Virus record (IMG/VR): IMGVR_UViG_3300025418_000293
Location: 1 to 52,733 of that record
Direction: 5' to 3' (one strand)
Source: a virus
Lineage: Duplodnaviria; Caudoviricetes
DNA length: 52,733 nucleotides
Position 1 is the first letter of the stretch. Every line of letters starts with the position of its first letter. Positions 24,850-31,955 of the stretch are shown here, in pieces. Under the pieces are notes generated by a model. It made no database searches and was not told the origin of the DNA. It saw nothing but the letters and a program-made list of their open reading frames with translations. The position numbers were made by a program, and so were the translations under genes.

Positions 24850-25511
24850 TGGGAAATATAACGTGGTCATATAGTAGCTTGAGCCTGTACCAACAATGCC
24901 CCAAAAAGTATTATCACTTGCGGGTTGCCAAAGATGTGAAAGAACCGTTAAGCGAAGCGATATCGTTTGGTAATGAGATTCACAAGATTGCGCATCAATA
25001 TGTACAAGATGGTGTTCCTGTTCCTGAGAAGCACAAGAAGATTGAGGCAGCTTTGGAATCAGTACGCAAAATGGAAGGCGAGAAGTTGTGCGAGAACAAG
25101 CTCGGCCTTACCGCTGATCTTGATCCCTGCGGGTTCTTTGACAAGAAAGTATGGTGGCGCGGCATTGCAGACATTATTATTTTGCAGGGCGACAAGGCGG
25201 TCACGATTGATTACAAAACGGGCAAAAGCAAATTCCCCGATTTGAAGCAGTTGGAGATTGTTTCGTTGGCAATTTTTAAGCACTTCCCACAAGTTAAGAA
25301 AGTCAGAGCGGGCTTGATGTTCTTGTTTGCAGATGACCTAGTCAAAGCAACATACGATGCTAAAGATCAGGAAACGATGTGGGGCCCATGGATAGCAGAC
25401 ACGAGTCAGTTGCAAAGCGCAGTTGAGCATAACATTTGGAACGCTAAACCAAACTTCACATGTCGTGGTTGGTGTCCCGTTAAAGACTGCTTGCATAACG
25501 AGGGGAATTGA
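24849..25511 (+). CDS. PD-(D/E)XK / Cas4-like exonuclease
   Basis: WSYSSL...CP, GNEIH, GIAD, IDYKTG, QL and C-terminal CRGWCPVKDC. Confidence 0.9.
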   Translation: MGNITWSYSSLSLYQQCPKKYYHLRVAKDVKEPLSEAISFGNEIHKIAHQYVQDGVPVPEKHKKIEAALESVRKMEGEKLCENKLGLTADLDPCGFFDKKVWWRGIADIIILQGDKAVTIDYKTGKSKFPDLKQLEIVSLAIFKHFPQVKKVRAGLMFLFADDLVKATYDAKDQETMWGPWIADTSQLQSAVEHNIWNAKPNFTCRGWCPVKDCLHNEGN

Positions 25512-25512
25512 T

Positions 25513-25620
25513 ATGGTAGATGCATTAGTTTGGGCGTTGGCATTTGGTGGTGTGATTGCCGTCGTTATTTATGCGGCGGTATTGGCATGGATGTTTGTGC
25601 AGGAGCATAAAGATGACTAA
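25513..25620 (+). CDS. 35-aa membrane peptide
   Basis: MVDALVWALAFGGVIAVVIYAAVLAWMFV; GAGGGG RBS. Confidence 0.55.
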   Translation: MVDALVWALAFGGVIAVVIYAAVLAWMFVQEHKDD

Positions 25621-25858
25621 AGAAGAAATTTTAAAGATAGCACAAGAATGCAATTTATTAGGAATGCGCCCACATCTTGATGGTATTTATTCTGAATCAC
25701 TTGAAGCCTTTGCCAAACTGGTAGCAGAAAAAGAACGTGAGGCGTGTGCTGAAATTTGTGATGGTTTTTACTTATCATGGATAGACATACAAGGTAGATA
25801 TGAATTCATGGGTGAGGGAGCAAGCGAATGTGCTGGTGCAATCAGAGCAAGGAAATAA
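25613..25858 (+). CDS. Mini-gene array member (MTKEE / FAKLVA-KEREACA type)
   Basis: AGGAG RBS; modules shared with neighbours. Confidence 0.75.
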   Translation: MTKEEILKIAQECNLLGMRPHLDGIYSESLEAFAKLVAEKEREACAEICDGFYLSWIDIQGRYEFMGEGASECAGAIRARK

Positions 25859-25860
25859 TA

Positions 25861-26040
25861 ATGACTAAAGAAGAAATTGATTATTTTTTAATACAAGAAC
25901 ATTTTGTAAAACTTTGTAGATGGATAGCAGAACTAGAACGTGAAGAGTGTGCCAAGATTTGCGATGAATATGCGCTAGAAGATGAGAATTGGGCAGGCGG
26001 TTGTGCTTTCGCTATTCGTAAAAGGGGAAAAAATGACTAA
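25861..26040 (+). CDS. Mini-gene array member (MTKEE / EREECA type)
   Basis: AAGGA RBS; EREECAKICD...CAFAIR. Confidence 0.7.
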   Translation: MTKEEIDYFLIQEHFVKLCRWIAELEREECAKICDEYALEDENWAGGCAFAIRKRGKND

Positions 26041-26587
26041 AGAAGAACTATTTGATATTGCAGATCAAATATTAACCATGCCATACAAAAAAGAAGATGT
26101 ATTGTATTTGGCAAATTATTTGATGGAAAACGGCAGGCAAATGATGTTGAAAAACGCAGAGTTACAAATCGAAGTGGCAATACTAAAAGAACGTGAGGCG
26201 TGTGCTGATTTACTTATGGGATTACATGAGGCGCAAAGTAACAATGACAACCATAACTATTACCACTTTGCTTCAAACGCCATCAAGGAATTAAGAGGCA
26301 AGACTATTACCATTAAAACTAAACAATATAAACCACAACGCACATGGGTAGGACTAACTGAACTAGACTGCGTAGGTTGGTTTGGCTATGACACGGGAGT
26401 TGGCGCTTGGTTTGAAACAAACAAAGGTGATGATGACTCTATTCCGTTATACAAAGAACCACCACAGCGTGAATGGGTAGGACTGACTGATGAAGAGATA
26501 CAAGAATGTCTGCAAGGTTTGCCAACACAGACCATCGATGTGTATGCAAGACGCATTGAAATTAAGATTAAGGAGAAGAACACATGA
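26033..26587 (+). CDS. Mini-gene array member, chimera of an EREACA and two WVGLT modules
   Basis: MTKEE...KEREACA...QRTWVGLT...QREWVGLTDEE...IEIKIKEKNT. Confidence 0.75.
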   Translation: MTKEELFDIADQILTMPYKKEDVLYLANYLMENGRQMMLKNAELQIEVAILKEREACADLLMGLHEAQSNNDNHNYYHFASNAIKELRGKTITIKTKQYKPQRTWVGLTELDCVGWFGYDTGVGAWFETNKGDDDSIPLYKEPPQREWVGLTDEEIQECLQGLPTQTIDVYARRIEIKIKEKNT

Positions 26588-26967
26588 CTGACGAAGAAAT
26601 ACACAACATTTATTTGCACATGAGTGGCAAAGCGGAAGGGTTAGTTGAAGCGACTGGCACGGCTGACTTTCCTGTATTGTTTGCTAGAGCAATACTTGAG
26701 TACGAAGGACTGACAAAAGATATGCAAAACATGGCATCTAAATCTACTTATAAAGAACAACTAGAAACAAAAAATGAACCTGTGGCGTGGGAACAGTTCC
26801 ATGAACACATGGCGGGGCCAAATTATGTTGCACCACAACGCACATGGGTAGGACTGACAGAAGAAGATTTAAAACTACTATCTGCTGAATGGCGAATTGT
26901 TTATGGCGCATGGATGGATGACTTTGCCAAAGACATTGAAGCCAAGCTGAAGGAGCGTAACACATGA
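26584..26967 (+). CDS. Mini-gene array member (EPVAW / WVGLT type)
   Basis: ATGA overlap; LETKNEPVAW, QRTWVGLT, IEAKLKERNT. Confidence 0.75.
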   Translation: MTDEEIHNIYLHMSGKAEGLVEATGTADFPVLFARAILEYEGLTKDMQNMASKSTYKEQLETKNEPVAWEQFHEHMAGPNYVAPQRTWVGLTEEDLKLLSAEWRIVYGAWMDDFAKDIEAKLKERNT

Positions 26968-27293
26968 CTAAAGAAGCATTACAAATTGCATTAAATGCGT
27001 TGACTGATTTTGATTACGACAAACGCATCAAGGCTATTGAAATTATTAAAGAAGCACTAGAAACAAAAGATGAGCCTGTGGCGTGGATGAACAGACACGG
27101 TGCTTGTAAGACTTCTTTGTTTAGGGAGATGGAAGCTGGCGCAAAAGAAGAATACACCATTCCTCTTTACACCACAACACAACGCACATGGGTAGGACTG
27201 ACGGATGACGATGAAATTCCTTGGGATGGGGTCGATGCCAAGTCTTTTGCCAGAGCCATTGAAGCCAAGCTGAAGGATAAGAACAATGGATGA
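26964..27293 (+). CDS. Mini-gene array member (EPVAW / WVGLT type)
   Basis: ATGA overlap; LETKDEPVAW, IPLY, QRTWVGLT, IEAKLKDKN. Confidence 0.75.
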   Translation: MTKEALQIALNALTDFDYDKRIKAIEIIKEALETKDEPVAWMNRHGACKTSLFREMEAGAKEEYTIPLYTTTQRTWVGLTDDDEIPWDGVDAKSFARAIEAKLKDKNNG

Positions 27294-27597
27294 AAATACA
27301 CGCCCTTGGTACACCATTGATGAACTAAATGCGTGGGCTGATAATTACCAAAATGAGCAGTGGCATAAAGCCGCAATCAGGCTTGGAGAAGAATTAGCAT
27401 CTGTTGGGCCTGTTGGCTATTACGAAATGGACGCAAAAGAATGGCTTGATTGGGCTATGTCAACCGTACAAACTCGCACATGGGTAGGACTGACGGATGA
27501 TGAATTTAATGAACTTTACGATAAATATGTTCCAGAATCTTGCTACGCATTGTTAATTGAAAAAGTAGAAGCCAAGCTGAAGGAGCGCAACACATGA
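27286..27597 (+). CDS. Mini-gene array member (WVGLT type)
   Basis: RTWVGLTDDE...VEAKLKERNT. Confidence 0.75.
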   Translation: MDENTRPWYTIDELNAWADNYQNEQWHKAAIRLGEELASVGPVGYYEMDAKEWLDWAMSTVQTRTWVGLTDDEFNELYDKYVPESCYALLIEKVEAKLKERNT

Positions 27598-27779
27598 AGA
27601 AACCTGAAGACGATGGTTATGAATACAAAATATATGACATGGCAAGATTTTATGTACCCGAAGGTTTGTATTCAATTGAAGATATTGAAAAAATGCTTGT
27701 TCACATGAAAAAAACAAAACAAAAAACAGAAGCATACCTTGCAAAAACATTAGAGCCAATTAAGGAGAAGAAAACATGA
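27594..27779 (+). CDS. Hypothetical mini-gene
   Basis: ATGA overlap; ends IKEKKT with the same DNA tail as 26567-26587. Confidence 0.65.
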   Translation: MKKPEDDGYEYKIYDMARFYVPEGLYSIEDIEKMLVHMKKTKQKTEAYLAKTLEPIKEKKT

Positions 27780-27949
27780 TTAGAAAAGACATACAAAAAG
27801 CATGGAACATGATGTCTATGCATAACAGTGAATTGTTGTTGGAGAACTATGAGCTGAAGGAGCGCATCAATAAATTAGAAGCACAACTATTTAAAAGAAC
27901 ATTTTGGGGGTACATCAAATGTTTGTGGGTTAATAGGAGGGTGTTATGA
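27776..27949 (+). CDS. 57-aa hypothetical protein (not in the ORF track)
   Basis: AAGGAG RBS, ATGA overlaps at both ends; MIRKDIQKAWNMMSMHNSELLLENYELKERINKLE. Confidence 0.65.
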   Translation: MIRKDIQKAWNMMSMHNSELLLENYELKERINKLEAQLFKRTFWGYIKCLWVNRRVL

Positions 27950-28158
27950 CTGAAGAAGATGAAGAGTTTGATCGTATACAAAAACGCATTGATCGGTACA
28001 AAGAAAATCCACGATGGAGAGACCACAGTATTTGGGTAGGATTAACGCCTGATGAATTGAATGAAATTTTTGATTCGTTTAAGACATGGAACAGTTTTCA
28101 AATAACAGATGTTTATTTTGCAATTGAAACTAAATTAAAGGATAAAAATGGATACTGA
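27946..28158 (+). CDS. Mini-gene array member (WVGLT type)
   Basis: AGGAGG RBS; IWVGLTPDE...IETKLKDKN. Confidence 0.7.
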   Translation: MTEEDEEFDRIQKRIDRYKENPRWRDHSIWVGLTPDELNEIFDSFKTWNSFQITDVYFAIETKLKDKNGY

Positions 28159-28387
28159 AGAAATTATTGAGTTGGCTAAACAAGCGGGGTTTTTTATTAA
28201 CGATGAACTGACAATTACATCTCCATTTATTGAAGATATTTGTATTTCGCCGATGCTTAAAGAGTTTGCCAAGTTGGTAGCGCAAAAAGAACGCGAAATC
28301 TGCGCTGACTTTGTAGCGGGCTGGACGGGCCCTGATGGTAAGCATGGCTGTGCTAGAGCATTACGAGGTCGGTCTGATGGAGAATGA
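28148..28387 (+). CDS. Mini-gene array member (FAKLVA-KERE type)
   Basis: EEIIELAKQAGF...FAKLVAQKEREICA. Confidence 0.7.
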   Translation: MDTEEIIELAKQAGFFINDELTITSPFIEDICISPMLKEFAKLVAQKEREICADFVAGWTGPDGKHGCARALRGRSDGE

Positions 28388-28547
28388 TTTCCCATTGAAC
28401 CTACGCGATTACTTTGCATCAGCGGCAATGCAGGGCATGTTGGCTAACCCAAATTTAGAAAACACATCTGCTTTTGACATAGCAGACTGGGCGTACTACC
28501 AAGCAGACGCAATGATTGAAGCAAGGAAAGCAAATGAGGTGTCCTGA
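28377..28547 (+). CDS. Small conserved phage protein (LRDYFA...AYxxADAM family)
   Basis: LRDYFASAAMQGML...AYYQADAMIEAR. Confidence 0.75.
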   Translation: MENDFPLNLRDYFASAAMQGMLANPNLENTSAFDIADWAYYQADAMIEARKANEVS

Positions 28548-28770
28548 ATGCGCAGTATGGACAATAGTAGTATCGACAAGACAGACTGCTAAAAGCTATA
28601 CTAGACGGCGAGAATGTGCAAATGGGCACAGATTCACAACCCATGAAACGGTAATTAAAAAGGAGAAACAAAATGCCTTACGTCAACACGCCGAGACCAT
28701 ACAAGAAAGAGTATCAGGAACAGAAAGCAAGGGGCGAGGAGAAACGCAGAGCGGAACGCCAAAGAGCTAG
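28534..28770 (+). CDS. NrdR-N-terminal-like zinc-ribbon protein
   Basis: MRCPEC...STR...RRRECANGHRFTTHE. Confidence 0.7.
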   Translation: MRCPECAVWTIVVSTRQTAKSYTRRRECANGHRFTTHETVIKKEKQNALRQHAETIQERVSGTESKGRGETQSGTPKS

Positions 28771-29017
28771 ACGCGCTATCGACAAAATGTATCCCGATAG
28801 GGACAAAAACGGAGAAGCCGATATTCGCCAGGGCAAAGACGTTGCCCATGTTAAAGCATTAGATAAAGGTGGCTCGAACAAAGCGGGCGTCTTTATTGAA
28901 AGCGCACATGGCAACAGATCATTCAAGCGCGACTCTAAGAGAAACCTTGTCTCTGAGACTACCAAGTCCGAGAAAGGCGAAAAGAAACTAAGCAAAGTAA
29001 TAAAGTTAAAAAAATGA
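28673..29017 (+). CDS. Small basic HNH-like protein
   Basis: RPYKKEY...RQRARR...GKDVAHVKALDKGGSN...NRSF; AAGGAG RBS. Confidence 0.7.
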   Translation: MPYVNTPRPYKKEYQEQKARGEEKRRAERQRARRAIDKMYPDRDKNGEADIRQGKDVAHVKALDKGGSNKAGVFIESAHGNRSFKRDSKRNLVSETTKSEKGEKKLSKVIKLKK

Positions 29018-30393
29018 TATTGCAAAATTACAAGTGGCCTAGACCGATGGGGTTTACGCCATTTGAACATCAAAAAGTAACTGCGGATTTCTTGGCTAAC
29101 AACACCCGTGCGTTTTGTTTTAACGAGCAAGGCACTGGCAAGACTGCTTCTGTAATTTGGGCCGCTGACTATCTAATGTCAGCAAAGATCATTAAGCGTG
29201 TGCTTGTGATTTGCCCTTTGTCCATCATGCAATCCGCATGGCAAAACGATTTGTTCAAGTTTGCTGTACACCGCACTGTTGATGTAGCGTATGGTAGCGT
29301 GGATAAGCGAAACAAAATAGTTAATGGGTCGGCTGAATTTGTAATCATTAACTATGACGGCATACCATCTATTGCTGAGTCTGCATTAGATAAGTTTGAT
29401 TTGATTGTGATTGACGAAGCCAACGCATACAAGAATGTGCAGACCAAAAGGTGGAAGACCATGCGTAAGCTAGTCACTCCTAATACTTGGGTTTGGATGC
29501 TAACTGGAACGCCAGCGGCTCAGTCGCCTGTGGATGCGTATGGCTTGGCTAAATTGTGTGTGCCCAATAGCGCGCCTAGATTCTTTGGCGATTACCGCGA
29601 GTCAGTAATGCAAAAGATCAGCATGTACAAGTGGATACCACGGCCTGATTCAAACGCCACAGTATTTAATTTACTTCAGCCCGCGATTAGATTTGAGAAG
29701 TCTCAGTGTCTTGACCTGCCTGATAAAATGTACATCAGTAGACATGCACCACTAACAAGCCAACAGGAAAGATACTATAAAGAGTTGAAAACAAAACTTC
29801 TAATGGAAGCGGCGGGCGAGGAGATTAGTTCTATAAACGCGGCGTCCAAGATGAGCAAACTATTGCAAATATCTTGTGGTTCTGTATATTCAGATAGTGG
29901 TGCGGTGATTGACTTTGATGTATCAACACGACTCAACGCTATCGAGGAAGTTATCAATGAGGCGAGCCATAAGGTTCTAATCTTTGTGCCGTTTAGGCAT
30001 ACGATAGAACTACTCAGCGCTCACTTGAAGAAGGCGGGCATAGAGATCGATGAGATACACGGCGACGTACCAGTGCGCAAGCGCACAGAAATCTTTAAAC
30101 AATTCCAAGAAGGGACTAGACTCAAAGCACTTGTAATCCAACCCCAAGCGGCGGCGCACGGTGTTACCCTAACTGCCGCTGACACTATCATATGGTATGC
30201 TCCTGTGACGTCATGCGAAACGTACTTGCAAGCAAATGCACGCATCGATAGGCCAGGCCAAAAGAACGCCATGACTATTGTGCATATCGAAGGTAGCCCA
30301 ATAGAGCGTAAGCTCTACGCTATGCTCCAGAACAATATCAACAATCACGAAAAGATTGTTGAGTTGTACAAAAAAGAACTCGAAGACACTTGA
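29014..30393 (+). CDS. SNF2-family helicase
   Basis: EQGTGKT, VIDEA, LTGTP, HGVTLT and QANARIDRPGQ motifs. Confidence 0.93.
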   Translation: MILQNYKWPRPMGFTPFEHQKVTADFLANNTRAFCFNEQGTGKTASVIWAADYLMSAKIIKRVLVICPLSIMQSAWQNDLFKFAVHRTVDVAYGSVDKRNKIVNGSAEFVIINYDGIPSIAESALDKFDLIVIDEANAYKNVQTKRWKTMRKLVTPNTWVWMLTGTPAAQSPVDAYGLAKLCVPNSAPRFFGDYRESVMQKISMYKWIPRPDSNATVFNLLQPAIRFEKSQCLDLPDKMYISRHAPLTSQQERYYKELKTKLLMEAAGEEISSINAASKMSKLLQISCGSVYSDSGAVIDFDVSTRLNAIEEVINEASHKVLIFVPFRHTIELLSAHLKKAGIEIDEIHGDVPVRKRTEIFKQFQEGTRLKALVIQPQAAAHGVTLTAADTIIWYAPVTSCETYLQANARIDRPGQKNAMTIVHIEGSPIERKLYAMLQNNINNHEKIVELYKKELEDT

Positions 30394-30417
30394 CAAAGTC
30401 TAAAGAGTTCCTACAAT
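30388..30417 (+). promoter_or_regulatory. Sigma70-like promoter, shared-motif class (copy C)
   Basis: ACTTGACAAAGTCTA; TTGACA-16 nt-TACAAT; the helicase stop TGA lies inside the -35. Confidence 0.75.
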
Positions 30418-30442
30418 AATCTTTCACTTCAAAGGAAATAAT

Positions 30443-30844
30443 ATGGATGAACAATCTGTAGAAGAACTGTCCACTGAATATCTCAAGATACGCAAAGAGC
30501 GTGAAGAGATTAAACAGTACTACGATCATATGGACAAACTGCTCGTCGATAAGATGGCAGACGTAGAAACTAAATTGTTGGATATTTTGAATGCGCAAAA
30601 CGCAAGCAGTATATCTACAAAGACTGCAACAGTAGTGCGTCGCATTACAAGCAGATACAACCCATCAAACTGGGATGCTGTATATGACATGATATACAAG
30701 TACAAAGCGTTTGGGTTGCTTCACAAAAGAGTGCATGACACAAACATGAAGCAGTTTTTAGAAGAAAACCCCGACGTGTATCCCGAGGGTTTAAATGTTG
30801 ACAGTCGGTACACAGTAGTAGTTAAACGTAAATCACAGGAGTAA
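30443..30844 (+). CDS. Conserved replication-module protein
   Basis: 133 aa; N-terminal coiled coil YLKIRKER; WDAVYDMI...LLHKRV...PEGLN. Confidence 0.75.
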   Translation: MDEQSVEELSTEYLKIRKEREEIKQYYDHMDKLLVDKMADVETKLLDILNAQNASSISTKTATVVRRITSRYNPSNWDAVYDMIYKYKAFGLLHKRVHDTNMKQFLEENPDVYPEGLNVDSRYTVVVKRKSQE

Positions 30845-30846
30845 TC

Positions 30847-31713
30847 ATGGGTAACATCACCACATTCAAAGACAATCTTCCCGCCCACTTACAAAACGTA
30901 AAGTTGGATGACTTCACCAAAGCATTCACTTCAAGCGGTGGCTCAAGCAAGCGCATCTCGTTGCGTGGCCGTGTATTCCGTCTTGTTGACGGCGGTAAAG
31001 AGATTGCAAAAAATACTGACCCGCATTTAGATGTAGTAATTGTCAACGGCAGTAAATCTGTACAGAAGAAATATTTTGCAACAGACTACAATCCTGATGA
31101 GGCCGCACAACCCGATTGCTGGTCTAGCAATGGCGAGCGCCCCGACGCAGAAGTGGCTGACCCACAGGCTGACCACTGCAAAGAATGCAAGCGCGCTATC
31201 AAAGGCTCTGCGAGCGGTGGCAAAACACAATGTAAGTTTTCATGGAATCTTGCATTAGTTTTGAAGAACAACATGGCGGGCGACATTTACCAATTGGTTG
31301 TGCCATCCAAGTCTTTGTTCGGCACGGGCGACGTTGACCATATGCCCTTTATTCAATACGCTAAGTATGTTGCGCAGTCAGGCTACAACTTGAACATGCT
31401 CACAACACGTTTGACGTTTGATACGGATTCTGATTATCCCAAACTTACATTCAGCAATGTAGCGTTTCTTGATAGCGACGACTACGATATCTCTGTTAAG
31501 CAAGGCGAGTCGCAGATTGCCGTCAACGCAAGTAAGCTAAGTTTCAGCGGTAAGAAACCTGAACCCACATTGCCTAAGATGGTGGCTCCAGCGGGCTCGG
31601 CCGCAGCGGCTTTAACAGCTCCTACTAAGAGAGCAGAGACAAAGAAGGCAGACGCGCCAAAGCCTAAGACTGGTCTGGCTACTATGGTTGACGACTGGGG
31701 AGATGATGCGTAA
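30847..31713 (+). CDS. Putative ssDNA-binding protein
   Basis: PDCWSSNG...CKEC...C metal motif, Ala/Pro/Lys linker, acidic-aromatic tail DDWGDDA; between helicase and primase. Confidence 0.55.
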   Translation: MGNITTFKDNLPAHLQNVKLDDFTKAFTSSGGSSKRISLRGRVFRLVDGGKEIAKNTDPHLDVVIVNGSKSVQKKYFATDYNPDEAAQPDCWSSNGERPDAEVADPQADHCKECKRAIKGSASGGKTQCKFSWNLALVLKNNMAGDIYQLVVPSKSLFGTGDVDHMPFIQYAKYVAQSGYNLNMLTTRLTFDTDSDYPKLTFSNVAFLDSDDYDISVKQGESQIAVNASKLSFSGKKPEPTLPKMVAPAGSAAAALTAPTKRAETKKADAPKPKTGLATMVDDWGDDA

Positions 31714-31940
31714 TGATTGGTTACTCACAGCAAACTGTTCGTTTGAATAGAGATGCTGATGGGAAATCGCTGGGAGTAAAGCTCGGGCGAGTTTGCATCG
31801 CCCGAGACATCCCAGTCTCTGATGTCATGGAATTTTTTAGCGTCTCAAAACAAACTGTTTACAATTGGTTTTGTGGCGTCCATGTCCCAGGAAAAACCCA
31901 TGCGGCTAGTATTCAAGATTTTTTAAACCGCGTCAGATAA
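31713..31940 (+). CDS. Cro/XRE-like helix-turn-helix protein
   Basis: VSDVMEFFSVSKQTVYNWFCG HTH pattern. Confidence 0.8.
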   Translation: MIGYSQQTVRLNRDADGKSLGVKLGRVCIARDIPVSDVMEFFSVSKQTVYNWFCGVHVPGKTHAASIQDFLNRVR

Positions 31941-31955
31941 CCGTGAGAGTTTCCT

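Noticed and set aside
25613-28387. Diversity-generating retroelement
   Set aside because: No reverse transcriptase; repeats are short and their differences are not adenine-specific.
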